A stretch of DNA of 64,000 bases, taken from Zootoca vivipara (lineage: Eukaryota). The stretch covers positions 42,966,001 to 43,030,000 of the forward strand of contig NC_083288.1 of NCBI RefSeq assembly GCF_963506605.1, given 5' to 3'. Below are positions 24,242 to 37,083 of this stretch, piece after piece. The notes under the pieces are model-generated. The model saw nothing but the letters and a program-made list of their open reading frames with translations. It was not told where the DNA came from and did not search any database. The translations under genes and the position numbers were made by a program. Within the stretch, counting starts at the first letter, position 1, and each line of letters starts with the position of its first letter.

Positions 24242-24815
24242 GTAAAGGTAAAGGTAAAGGGACCCCTGACCGTTAAGTCCAGTTGCGGACAATTCTGGGG
24301 TTGCGGTGCTCATCTCGCTTTACTGGCCAAGGGAGCTGGCATTTGTCTGCAGACAGCTTCCAGTCCATGTGGCCAGCATGACAGAGCCGCTTCTGGCAAA
24401 CCAGAGCAGCGCACGGAAACACCATTTACCTTCCCGCTGTAGCGGTTCCTATTTATCTACTTGCATTTTGACGTGCTTTCGAACTGCTAGGTTGGCAGGA
24501 GCAGGGACCAAGCAAAAGGAGCTCAGCCTCAGGGCCGTCTTAAGCCAGCCAGTTTCCCAGCGCGGTGGGTGGGTGGGCGGGCGCAGCGCGGCTGCCACAG
24601 GCGCTGCTGCGCGCCGTGGCGGCGGGTGGGCAGGCACAGCGCGGTTGTCGAACCGGCGGACCGGGCGGGCGCAGCTCGCGGCGCCTTCCTGGCGGGCCTC
24701 CGGGGGTCTACCTAGAGCCGGCCCTGCTCACCCTGTCACAGGAATTCGAACCACCAACCTTCTGATCAGCAAGCCCTAGGCTCTGTGGTTTAGACCACAG
24801 CACCACCCGCGTCCC
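24242..24815 (+). mobile_element. Sauria SINE interrupted by a hAT MITE
   Basis: SINE sequence resumes after 24726. Confidence 0.85.
24530..24726. mobile_element. GC-rich hAT MITE inserted in a Sauria SINE
   Basis: TIRs CAGGGCCG / CGGCCCTG; 8-bp TSD CTCAGCCT / CTCACCCT. Confidence 0.8.
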
Positions 24816-24944
24816 TGATAATTAAAAAAGGTCTATTTATTACAAAAACAAACAGATATCTCTGGACGACCCTAACAAAGTATCCAACACCATTATTTAA
24901 GATGACCCTGCGACAAACCCCCTCGCCGACGTTGCCAATAGATT

Positions 24945-25330
24945 ATGAGACGAAAGGGTGCAGGGGTAAAGCAATCCCCACTCAATTCCTTACACCTTAA
25001 AATAAACCCCTCAATTCTGGGCTTCTCAGTAAAGAGAGTCTAATTCCAGCTTTCGTGGCCTGATCTCACAAACACTCAGGGCTATTTGAATGAACAACCT
25101 CTTGCCTACAGAACAGGGACTCCCTCAACTCATGTCCCCACTGTATCAGTCTGCCATATCACCCTGGCAAACTTGTGGCACTCTAGGTTTTCACCATACT
25201 GTCCTTCCTGTGTGACTCTAGGACACAAACTATCCCCTTTTCCTTAGGTAAGTTTTGCCCTTTTCTGAGTCTCCACCTCGGTGAGTTTTAATACGCTGCT
25301 GGAATAACCAAGACGATTTCATTGTTGTTG
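24945..25330 (-). mobile_element. Partial second copy of the repeat at 8363..9091
   Basis: Reverse-complement match, e.g. GACTCTAGGACACAAACTATCCCCTTTTCC. Confidence 0.55.
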
Positions 25331-26064
25331 AACTTTTGAAAGTGCAAATAAATTGGTGGGCCCTGGTTCTCGCAAATCGATTTTCATATATAGATATGAC
25401 AGCTCAAATTCCTAAAGATTGGGGACTGGCCATAATTGTTCCTATACTTAAAACCCCCTGCCATGGGGGTTGGTTCCTCTGCTACCTGACATCAAGGTGT
25501 TATATGGTTCTCACACTATCCAAACTACTCTATAAGACATGAACTTTCTGTATAGGTTTCATTTTCGAAAATTGACTCACTATAAGTATGTATACTTATA
25601 GAACCAGTATGGCACCATATGGCGCTGTGCAATTCCATTTTCTCACACAATGTTTACAACGCATTTTCCAGAAATGCTTCTTGGATGTGTCTAGATCCAG
25701 CCTATGTTATGATAATCCAGTCATTACTGCTCAGTCTTATGTACAACCCGCCCTGGGTTGCTGTGAGAATAAAATGGGAAGCAGGAGAATGATGTAAGCC
25801 ACCTTGAGCTTCTTACAGGAAAAGAGGGATAGAAATGCAATAATGCAAACATGATAAATATGTAATGTACCGAATGCTGAAAACTTTTGGTATTCAATTT
25901 CTATGCTTACGAGTATGTTTTTAAATCCTTTCTTAAATTATGTTTGAATTGCCATAAATATTATTCAGAGTATATAAACATTTCAGCTTCCACGAAAAGC
26001 AATATGGAAAACAGCTTTCTTAAAAAGTCTGGTTTATGCAAGGCTTATGATTTCCACATTCTTT

Positions 26065-26483
26065 TTTTTTTGAAAATATTTTTTTATTCATTTTTCATAA
26101 ACATATTAACAGTCATTCAAATTACATGTGATCCAAACTATTTGACTTCCTTCCTTCCCATAGGTGGTAAATTCTGTCACTCCTAATTCCTATTTTCTAT
26201 TTACATCAGATTCGTAACATTGTAGAGGTTATGTTACTACCCCTAATGCTCTCATACCCATGTAATTGCCCTTAGCATATTCTATGAATTTACTCCATTC
26301 AGCTTGGAACTTCGCATCATCTGAATTGCGTACTCTGTGTGTTAATTTGGCAAATTCCATAAATTCTAAGACCTTCGATTGCCACTCACTAATAGATGGT
26401 ATTTCATTTGTTTTCCATTTCTGGGTGATAAGAATCCTAGCCGCCACTGTGGCATACATAAAAAATCTTAAGTCGGATTTTGG
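26065..26483 (-). mobile_element. L1/Tx1-like LINE 3' end
   Basis: FFMYATVAARILITQKWK...EW (ORF2 C-terminus); A-rich tail; 16-bp TSD GATTTCCACATTCTTT. Confidence 0.85.
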
Positions 26484-27262
26484 GATTTCCACATTCTTTG
26501 GGTGATATTCATCTTAGTCCTGCTCAAAGTGGAACCACAAAAATATATGGGCCTAAGTAATATATATTGTTAGGCAAGCACTCCCCTGAATTGAATTTGT
26601 GAATGAACGGTTTTAAATGTTTTAAAACTGTTTTAATTACCATGCTTTTAATTGTTCATGTTATTGTATGCTTTAATTAAGAATGTTCTAATGTTGCTCT
26701 GTAGTATTATTATGAATTGATTTTAAAGTTTTAAACCACTTGGAAGCCATTTGGGCATTTAAGTGGTATATAAATTAAAAGTAAATAAACTGGTAACTTT
26801 TAAGGCAAATGCAGACTTCTTTTGTGGTACTTCTTCTTCTTAGCTTCTCATTATTCTGAAGGCTTTTTTTTTTAAAGTCATTCATTATAAGGCTCTGTAT
26901 CGCTTGTCATCCAATTTAGGTGGACTAGAAGTAGATGTGATAAACACTGTTATTTCTGCGATGTCTCAGAGTACGTGCATTTCCAAATTGGTGATTATCT
27001 CCCTTGTAATTAAATAATTAGTCATGATTACACTACTACTTCTTCAAGTTTCAAGGGAGCTGTAGTAACCACCAGCAAAACTACAAGGCAGAAGGATGCT
27101 ATTGCTATGTTCTTTGCTCTTCTTACAAGGAGCTTAAGACAGTGAGGGCTCTGCCAGTCTGATCATGAACATTTTAGTCTGCATAGTGTGAGACCCACAC
27201 CATACAACAGTGTACGGCCCTTTAAATCAGGCTGTGCTGTTCATCACAGAACTCAGCGAGGG

Positions 27263-27531
27263 ATGATGTGGGGACAAGTGAATGGGTGTAGAGACAGAAT
27301 TCTCTCATGGAAACTGGTTGCATTTGTAGTCCTGCTTCTAGTCTTTTTGCCTCATATGGCGTGCAAGATTCCTGACATCAAATGTGGCGTCAGCAACTCT
27401 CTTCCCATTCTTCACAAGTTTCACCAGCCTGGAGACCTCATCATTGCTGGCATTATGTCTCAGATATACAGATTCTCCAGTCCAATAGCTTTCACAAAAT
27501 GCCCTTCCAACGACCTCTTTGAAGACACTGT
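27263..27531 (+). CDS. V2R-B exon 1
   Basis: MMWGQ...[13 protein letters not shown]...[11 protein letters not shown]; donor GT|gtaaac. Confidence 0.88.
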
Positions 27532-30500
27532 GTAAACTATTTTTGTTGTTGTAAAAATATTATATATCTGTCCTCTATTCCTCTACCCTTCAGCATTGTG
27601 ATCATCATACTGTTCTCATTTTAAGACTCTTAAATATTGAAGAATCTCCTGGCTGTAACAAAGGTAACAGTGATTGGAGCAGAGAAATTCATTTTTAATT
27701 TTAGTCCTCAATGACTTTTGGATTACTATCTTTATTGCTTTCTTTGAGTAGTTCTTCCTGCTCTTGGCCATATGTTCTCAACAAGTATTGATGAGGGGAA
27801 GGGCTGTAGTTTAGGGGTAGAGGATCTGATTTTAATGCAGAGAGTCTCTGACTCCTCCAGAATCTTAGAGAGAAATTGGGATGAGGAGTATTTCAGAGAT
27901 GTACTGAATGAGCACAGAGCACAGAGGACAAAACTGCTCTGGGCAACAATATTTCATCATGCTTACCTAGATCGTGTATGATTCAATAATGCTTTGAACT
28001 GAACGGAGGTATATGCCATATTTTGTAGTAAATCACTGTCGCACTGCATATCACTCTAATTACAGGGTGATGACCCAGATCTACCAGCATATCCTGGCCT
28101 TGATATTTGCTATAAAAGAGATCAATGAAAATCCCCAGATCTTACCCAATGTCACTCTCGGCTTCCATATCTATAATAGCTATTTCACTCCAAAATGGAC
28201 TTATCATGCCTCATTGGAACTCTTCTCTACACAGGGCAGATTCACCCCCAACTACAAATGTGATAGTCAGAACAATCTAGTAGCAGTCATTGGGGGACCT
28301 ATCTCTGAAGTCTGTCTCTACATGGCAGATATCCTGTGCAGCTATAAGATTCCACAGGTATGATGTATGCATGCAGGAGGAGAGGGCAACAAGCCATTTG
28401 CTAATCTCTTTCCTTTTTAACTGTTTTTAAAAGTTGCATTTGCAATGTCTGCTCCTTTGAGGCTTCCAGAAGTAAGAATGAGAGAACACACACACACACA
28501 CACACACACGCCAAAAGCCTGTCTAGTCCTGCATTCTGTTCTCAAAGTGGCCAACCAAAAGCCTTTGGGGATTCCTCAAGCAGGACATGAGCACAGCATC
28601 ACTCTCTGCACTTGCAATTCCCAGCAATTGGTATTCAGTATCTAATCCAAAATGCTTCCTGCTTATACATAATGCTCTGTGTTCTGTGATCAGCATAGGC
28701 TGCTGTCTTGTAGAAGTTTAAGGCTTAAGCCAAGGATACATCTTTCACTCAAGAGATTGCTAAATTTTAGAGTTCCTCCCTGTTTACAGAAGAACATGCA
28801 ACAATACTTTATTGCAGTCCAAGGACCCACAAAACAATTTCAAAACTTGTTGTAGCTTAGTTGTTTAGTCGTGTCTGACTCTTTGTGACCCCATGGACCA
28901 GAGCACGCCAGGCACTCCTGTCTTCCACTGCCTCCCGCAGTTTGGTCAGACTCATGTTGGTAGCTTTGAGAACACTGTGCAACCATCTCGTCCTCTGTCG
29001 TCCCCTTCTCCTTGTGCCCTCCATCTTTCCCAACATCAGGGTCTTTTCCAGGGAGTCTTTTCTTCTCATGATGTGGCCAAAGTATTGGAGCCTCAGCTTC
29101 AGGATCTGTTCTTCCAGTGAGCACTCAGGGCTGATTTCCTTCAGAATGGATAAGTTTGATCCTCTTGCAGACCATGGGACTCTCAAGAGTCTCTTCCAGC
29201 ACCATAATTCAAAAGCATCAATTCTTCAGCGATCAGCCTTCTTTATGGTCCAGCTCTCATGTCCATACATCACTACTGGGAAAACCGTAGCTTTAACTAT
29301 ATGGACCTTTGTCGGCAAGGTGATGTCTCTGCTTTTTAAGATACAGTTAAAATGACCAGACATATAGACGAGAGAAACCAAGGCAGTCATTTTGTTTTAT
29401 CTAGGGCATAATGATCTTGCTTTCTTTATAACCTCCAAAAGAAACTTTGCCACGGCCAGTGTAATATCATTTGACCTGTCTTCCAAAAGATATTTAATAT
29501 TGGAAACTTTGGATTTTCCTGGCATATTTGCTAGTAAGGGTTTGATCAGTTGATCCCTTTAAAAAAGAACATAAGGAGAACCTGCTGGATCACCTCCCAA
29601 CCACACCTGAGAATCAATCTTGACTAGTTGGACGGAAAACATTAATATACAAAGAACAACTAATAAATGAAGTAGGTTCTAAACTCTAGGTCAACATTTT
29701 GTGGTCATATCTATTCTGCTGAGGTATCTCTGCTTGTAGAACACCAAATAATATTGGTTAGGGGTAGATGGAGTCTTTACCTGGCCTTCCCATACTGGAG
29801 TCACTTCAGTGCACCAGGTAAGAGAGGTGGTAGGTAGCAGCACTTATGGAAGTGTCAGATTGACCCCAACAGTATATTTACAGTATATTACACCAAGCTC
29901 GCAGCTGCCTCACAACTACCACTTGCATTCATGATGCACCACAGAGTCTTCAGTGCACGGCAGTCAGGTGAGTACCACTTGCCCGCTACACTGATGGTTA
30001 ATGGAATCAGCCTACGTCTTCCCTGGAGTAATGATAAAAGATTGGTCCTTCCCCCCCTCATTTAATTTTTAATCATTTCCTTTAGTTCATATATGGTTCT
30101 GCTCCAGTGATAGATAAGAAAACCCAAGCTGCTTTCTATCACCAAATGTTCCCAAATTTGGAGCATCAATATAATGCAATTCTCCAGATACTGCTATATT
30201 TCAAGTGGACATGGATTGGTGTGATGTCTGGGCATGATGACAATGGAGAGAGGTTTGAACAGAATGTGATCCCCATGTTTGCACAGAGAGGTATCTGTTT
30301 TGATTTCATAATGAGAATTCCCAAAATGTCATATTCCACTGAAATTGATGACATGGTGGAAGAGGGATTTGAAATAAACAAAATTCTTATGAGAAGCACG
30401 GTTAATGCATTGGTTATTCATGGTGAAATCGATACCATGATCATCCTGAGGATGTTCCCCAGGGTTGCAGAACATGAGGATATGCCAGCAAAGAAAAATG

Positions 30501-33500
30501 GTAAGGTCTGGATCATGACAGCTCAGATGGATTTCATTTCCATTCCACTTCAAAGAGATTGGGACATAGACTTCCTCCATGGTGCTATATCCTTTGCCAT
30601 TCACTCCAGTGAGGTTGTAGGATTCCAGAAATTTCTTCAGGTGAGAAACCCCACCTCAGAAAAAGAAGATGGCTTCATTAGGGTCTTCTGGGAACAAGCA
30701 TTTGGGTGTTTGTTCCCCAACTCCATGGTAGACCTACAGGATGAAGAAATCTGCAGTGGAGAGGAGAAGCTGGAGGGTCTTCCTGCGTCTGTTTTTGAAA
30801 TGAGCATGACTGGCCACAGCTACAGTGTCTTCACAGCTGCCTTTGCAGTAGCACATGCATTGCAGGCCATGCATTCAACTAGATACAAAGGCAGAATGGT
30901 AGTAGATGGAGGAGTAAAACTTCAGAATCAAGAGTTATGGAAGGTAATGTCCTGAATATAGTAAGAACAAAGGAAGGGTCCAAAATGTTTCACAAGACCC
31001 CTGGGCAAAGTTCACCATTCGTGAGGATGCCATTTTATGGCCCAGCAGGTGTAACCAGGTTTGACTCCGGACACATTTTTGCAGGCCATTTTGCCAGTCT
31101 TCAAGAAGTGTCATGGAAATACTTCTGTCTCTAGTCCTAAGGCAGGGATGGGGAACCTTCAACCCTCCACATGTTTCTGAACTGCAACACCTATACTCCA
31201 AGCAAGCATAGCCAATACCTGTAGGTCCCACAGCCTACAACTACAATGTCTACATAGAAGTCTATGTGGATGCACACACTTTGCATGTCATGCATTCAAC
31301 TAGCTTTTTTTAAAAAAAAGAATGATAGTGAATGAAGGAGTAAAATTTAAGAATGAACGGTGATGGAAGGTAATGTCCTGAGCAAGCTAAAAGTAGAGTA
31401 GAAATGGTGATGGATAAGTACAAAGGTTTCCCAAGGCAGCCAACTTCTGCTTCTGCCTTCCACCACGTCAGGGTCATAAATGTAGTGGTGGCTATACCAT
31501 TCTGACCTGTTCTGTGGCTGCCCAGTCATTTCCTTCATTAGTACTACTGTTACATTTTATTATTGTAGTTTATTACTCTATCTGTTTATTGTATGTATCT
31601 CTCATCGTTCCTGCCCTAGGGCTCTTTCCCTCTCCATATCTATTCTTACTTGATATAAAGTTTTTAAACAGTTCAGTAAACAAGTGGGAATGATCACCAG
31701 TCTTTTGTATATCCTTATGAATTTGCTTTCTTTTATTTTCTCTCTGATTCTATCCATTTTTTCTCCCTAAACAGCTCAACTACTTTGTTAAAAGCATCTC
31801 ATTTAATAATAGTGGTGGGGGGAAAGTTTCCTTCAACCAAAATGGAGAGTTAGAGTCTGGATTTGATATTATCAACTGGGTCACATTTCCAAACCAGTCC
31901 TTTTGGAGAGTGAAAGTTGGAAAGATCGACCCCATGGCTCCCCAAGAAGAAGCGTTCAGCATTAGTGAAGAAGCCATTGTGTGGCCAAGCAGGTTTAACC
32001 AGGTGAGATTAAATTCATATTTTGTAGCCTATCCATCACTTCTATAATGATTTGCAGTTCAGATACTCACCTAGCTCTGTGCTACATTCATCCATGTGCT
32101 TAGTGTAGGAGTGAGGGCATGGCTGTAGAGATCTTCCATGTTTTGCCAATTAAGTGACATTCATCAAACCCACTGTTGAACTACTACTGCCAAATTTGCT
32201 ATTTGGAAAAAAGTAAAACTTTTTTAAATTTACAGAGGGTCATATTCATGTAGGGCAAGGCAGCATAAGGATTCCCTCTATCACAATGGGGCTTGCTTCT
32301 TTCCTTTCCCTACCCAAATTTGTGAAATATGGCTCTCCGTTCCTTTGGACCACATCAGTGAGGTAGGCAGGGGTGTCTTTTTGTCTGGGTAACCCAGGAG
32401 CTAGACACACACCGCCCAGATTTTGTACTGCTAATGTAGCAGGTCAACTTCTCCCTCAGAGGTGTATTACAATGGATGACAATAACAACAGTTGCCTCCA
32501 ACTGTGGAGAAAGAGCATAGCCATCATGGCAAGTAGCCCTTGATTGCCCTTTCCTACTTGTCTCTTGCTTCTTCCACCATAAAAGGAGATAGTTCAGTAA
32601 GTTAAGAGAATATAATACATTGTGGATACACAATATTGCAAAATAGAAAACATTCTCCTCTTACATTTTTGGACAGGCACAACCCCTTTCTCTTTGTAAT
32701 GCCAATTGTCCTTTGGGTTATCAGAAAACAAAGAAGGAAGGGAAACCATTTTGCTGCTATGATTGCATTGCATGTCCAGAAGGGAAGATTTCTAACCAGA
32801 CAGGTAAGAGACATCATGGATACAGCCTTAAAGATATACTGACACTAAGATGTTCAGACACTCACTTCCCTTGTGATGTTCAGTTGTTCAAAAATTCAGG
32901 AAGGTTTTTCAGAATTCAGTGAAGGTTGTGGTTCCTGATATGGGGGTATAGCCTGATATATTCAATAATTTCAGTCCAAGCCATTGACAGCTGGTAATTA
33001 TATACAATAAATAATAATAAAATAAAATAAAATCAGACGAAGGAGGTATCATAAGTGGGGGTAAAACAGAAACCTTCAGAAACATGGAAGGAATTCAGGA
33101 AAAAGCTAAGGGTGCAACAGCCTCTCTCTCTTAAAACAAGACCCAAGAACCGTGTCTCATAATTCAGAGAAGAGTTAAAACTGAAATACAACTGTCCACA
33201 TATTAGTCTGTAATTGTAAATCGGGTGATAATGGACAAATGTAATATCCAAAAAGGAACAAGACAAGGATGTCCATTGTCACCACTGTTGTTCATTCTGG
33301 TACTGGAAGTGCTTACGAGAAGGGTAGGAGAAGACAGAGAAGTGTCTAGGATAAAAGTTTTTTTTTTAAAAAAAAGAACATAAATTGAAAGCATTTGCAG
33401 ACGATACAGCAATAACAGTGGATGATCCAAAAAACTCTCCCCCATATTGTAGTCTGGAAGATCCAATCGTGTTCGGATGTTAAAAGTTGTGAACACGTAA

Positions 33501-34658
33501 AATCTTCTAGAATCCTGACCGTAAGTGATAACATTGAGCTTCGGAAGCTGAGTTAGATCCTAACATCTGGTGGTGGGTGGGAATTAAACCTTTCCTGAAA
33601 ATGGCATGTTGCTAATAATATATATGAGAAGTGTGACAAACTGTCTCTCCCCCTTCCCCCCCCCAAGATATCAACTTGGTAGCCCTTATTTAAGGTTTTT
33701 CATTTTGATCATTTTAGTATCATTCATGTGGTGGTGCTCCTATGGCTTCTATTTTTCAGACATGGATGAGTGCTTTCGGTGCCCACAAGATCATTACCCA
33801 AATGTGGAAAAGGATTCTTGCATTCCAAAAGATATAAGTTTCTTGTCTTATGGAGAACCACTGGGGATCTCTTTGGCCTGCTTTGCTCTTTCTTTTTCTT
33901 TCATCACAGGGTTGGTGCTTTGGATTTTCATAAGGCACCGGGACACTCCCATAGTCAAAGCCAACAACCGCAACCTCTCCTACACTCTCCTCATCTCCCT
34001 CTTGCTTGCCTTCCTTTGTGCTTTGCTATTCATTGGTCAACCTGAGAAAGTGACATGTCTCCTTCGACAAACAGCTTTTGGCATCATCTTTTCCGTGGCT
34101 GTTTCTTGTGTGTTGGCCAAGACAATCATCGTGGTCCTTGCTTTCATGGTCACCAAACCAGGTTCCAGCATGAGGAAATGGGTGGGGAAACAACAGGCCA
34201 CCTCCATTGTTCTTTCCTGTTCTTTGATTCAAACTGCTCTTTGTACTGTGTGGCTGGCAACTTCTCCCCCATTCCCAGCTTTAGACATGCACTCAATGAA
34301 GAACGAAATTATTCTGCAATGTAATGAAGGGTCAGTTACCATGTTCTACTGTGTTTTGGGGTTTATGGGCTTGCTGGCCATTGTCAGCTTCTCTGTAGCC
34401 TTCCTAGCCAGGAAGTTACCAGACAGCTTTAATGAAGCCAAGTTCATCACCTTCAGCATGCTGGTATTTTGCAGTGTGTGGCTGTCCTTTGTTCCAACTT
34501 ATTTAAGCACAAAAGGAAAATATATGGTGGCTGTGGAGATCTTCTCCATCTTGGTCTCTAGTGCTGGTTTACTAGGCTGTATATTTTCACCAAAATGTTA
34601 TATTATTGTGGTGAAGCCTGAGTTGAATAGCAAGGAGCAACTCAGAAGGAAGAATTGA
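27263..34658 (+). CDS. Vomeronasal type-2 receptor V2R-B, 6 exons, 890 aa
   Basis: Exons 27263..27531, 28066..28357, 30086..30943, 31775..32002, 32677..32803 and 33760..34658 sum to 2673 nt in frame, all GT-AG. Confidence 0.95.
28066..28357 (+). CDS. V2R-B exon 2
   Basis: 292 nt; [18 protein letters not shown]...YKIPQ. Confidence 0.95.
28847..29341 (-). mobile_element. BovB (RTE) 3' fragment in V2R-B intron 2
   Basis: ORF 28857..29186 is nearly identical to 10321..10650. Confidence 0.92.
30086..30943 (+). CDS. V2R-B exon 3
   Basis: 858 nt; FIYGSAP...LWK. Confidence 0.95.
30980..31369 (+). pseudogene. Relic exons in V2R-B intron 3: 3' part of a decayed exon 4 (30980..31058) and decayed 3' end of an exon 3 (31228..31369)
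   Basis: ...ATTCGTGAGGATGCCATTTTATGGCCCAGCAGGTGTAACCAG|gt, then CCACAGC..GTCTATGTGGATGCACAC..TGGAAG|gtaatg. Confidence 0.82.
31775..32002 (+). CDS. V2R-B exon 4
   Basis: 228 nt; [15 protein letters not shown]...WPSRFNQ. Confidence 0.93.
32677..32803 (+). CDS. V2R-B exon 5
   Basis: 127 nt; [11 protein letters not shown]...[17 protein letters not shown]. Confidence 0.93.
33211..33442 (+). mobile_element. Internal L1/Tx1 reverse-transcriptase fragment in V2R-B intron 5
   Basis: [21 protein letters not shown] motif; absent from the paralogous V2R-D intron (~60010). Confidence 0.8.
33760..34658 (+). CDS. V2R-B exon 6 (7TM)
   Basis: ttttcag|AC; DMDECFRCP...QLRRKN*. Confidence 0.96.
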
Positions 34659-35562
34659 CTAATTCTGGGTCCTTCATCCATCTCATATTTTAATTAGAAA
34701 TGGGCTCTATGGTACCTTTTGTGTTTTTCATTTCTTCAGCAAAATGCAAATGTAATTTAAACTGTCAGTGCTATATTGGAGTAAGCCTTTTAAAATCTGG
34801 GATATATTATTGTTCAATTCTCCTCACAAAATGAAGTGCAAAGTGAGGAGGTGTACATCTCTTAAAAGGGGTGTTCCTGGGTGTGGCGGCATGGGGTGAG
34901 GCCAGGAGGGACATAGCTATTTCATGCCTTTTGCTTAGTTACATGAGCTGGTAGACCCATGAAAACTATGCCAGCAAAATTTGCCCTGTAAGTAAACTCC
35001 AGTTCTCCATTATCATCAGAGGTCACCATATAATTGTCAACTCCATAATACTACTTTTGTAATTGCTGTGAAAATGTGCTATGTGAAATAGATGAGAATT
35101 ATGGCATGAATGCTTTTTGAGAAGACAATATTGCTGAACCAACTTGCAGTGGTCAATGACCCTCTGACTTTTTAATACTTTGTTTTCTCAGTCACATGTT
35201 TGTACTGCTTTTCTTTACCGTCAGGACAATAAATAGATATTCTTAATCCTCATCTTTTTTTGTCTGCTTACTTGGAAAGAAAGTGAGCTGATTAATGTGT
35301 GGATCTGCATCTTAAATTTAGCCCTTTTCGTAAGGAGCACCATACTTTCCAACCTCTTCAATGCAACAAACTGTGTTGCTGAGTTGCCCCATTCTCCCTT
35401 GCTGTTTAATTAAATCCTAGTAATAAAGATATTAATTGATTGAATGAAATGTTTCTATAACCTTGAACAACCAGACTAAAAGCTTAGTCTCCTGATTTAG
35501 ATGAGATGTGAAACACATTTCAAACATAATTTCACATGACTTGCAGGTGGAATTGTAATGCA

Positions 35563-35889
35563 CAGTGGAACCTTGGTTTATGAACACCTCGGTTTACGAA
35601 TTTTCGGTTTACAAATGCCGCGGACCATTCTGGAACGGATTAATTCACTTTCCATTACTTTCAATGGGGAAGTTCGCTTCAGTTTATGAACGCTTCAGTT
35701 TATGAACAGACTTCTGGAACCAATTACACCCATGCTTCGGGTTAAGTACGCTTCAGGTTGAGTACTCCGTGGACCCATCTGGAACGGATTAATCCACTTT
35801 CCATTACTTTCAATGGGAAAGTTCGCTTCAGTTTATGAACGCTGCAGTTTATGAACAGACTTCCGGAACCAATTGTGTTCATAAACCAA
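35563..35889. mobile_element. Tigger-like MITE with an internal ~150-bp-period duplication
   Basis: CAGTGGAACCTTGGTTTATGAAC ... GTTCATAAACCAA; 35620..35725 repeated at 35770..35875. Confidence 0.7.
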
Positions 35890-36536
35890 TATTGTAATCA
35901 ATATTGAAACATATAGTGTCCAACATCTTTCACCCCCTTTTTATGAATTCTTAACCCCTGAACTGAGAGCCAAGTAAAATGTTTAGAAAAAACGTATTGT
36001 TGCAGGAAATTCCAATACTGAGTGACATCCACCAAGATTATCTAGATGTCACTATGCAGATTGCAGTCTCCCATTGCTCTTAAACGTAACAACTATTCTC
36101 TTTCCTTTGGTGATGCTTTTAACACTCCCATTTCATGAAGACCAATGAGATATGCATGTAGCCTAATTCTGCTGACAAGCACATTGTATCTAGCAAACCT
36201 CTTGTGTTATTCTTTCAAAGACCTGCATATTCACTACTAGTACAGTTCGAGATATTGTTGTTAGCATATGAGGCTAAAACCCTTAGCGACTTGAAAGCCA
36301 AACACTTAAAGGAGAACCACTCCCTTTATGAATGTGTTAAGACAGGAAGACGCCTTTCTTGTTTTCCCACTGCTGGAGGGAGCTCATTCTGAGGTGATGT
36401 TGGACAGGTCTTTCTCAGAGTTGCAAACTAGGTTGTGAATACCAATGCTCCCCAAAAAAGCACTACTGCAATAATCATTGTTTTGTAGGGAGAGAATTGC
36501 CAAGTCTGATCATAAGTCTGATCATATAGTCTGCAT

Positions 36537-37083
36537 TGTATAATTCTGAGTGCATGGCTTAGCCGCCACCCCCCACTGCTCTCTTTGCCTCTCTGTGTGC
36601 CAAAGGGTAAGCCAGACAGAATGCCCTGCTAAGCTATCAAGGCCGGATGACTGTCTTGTCTGATGCTATCGCGCTGTCAGTCTGATGCACAGAGAACAGG
36701 CACTCAAGGCTGAGTGAGGATGCTACCGGGGCAGCATGAATCAGCATGTGTGTATGCACAGGACCGGACACAGGAAGATCCATATGTGTACTTGTGACCC
36801 CCTTGCATGCGCACATTTACAGAGAAGGGGAAAAGGAGCCCAAGGAGTGTATAAGAAGCTTTGCAATTTGTGTTTCTTTACTCTTGTCGTGAGCTGATCA
36901 CCTTGAGTCTCTTATTAATAAGAAATTAAATCCTTTCTCTGAAATTCAAGCCCCGGTGTCATTATTGACTATCTCTGTCCTGCCTGGGTGCAACTTAAAG
37001 GACCCTTAGTAGCTGATAAGGCTACATTTTATTTTTTGTTATTATAATTACCCCTTTGCCTAGCCCTTTGCAGAATTTCAACA
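36537..37083 (+). mobile_element. Possible solo LTR upstream of V2R-C
   Basis: TG...CA ends, TATAA at ~36850, ATTAAA downstream; no clear TSD. Confidence 0.3.

Noticed and set aside
33606-33759. N-terminal extensions of exon ORFs (also 60248.., 28013.., 54561.., 27188.., 18415..18468)
   Set aside because: Mostly intronic or 5' read-through; paralog homology starts at the AG acceptors or the called ATG.
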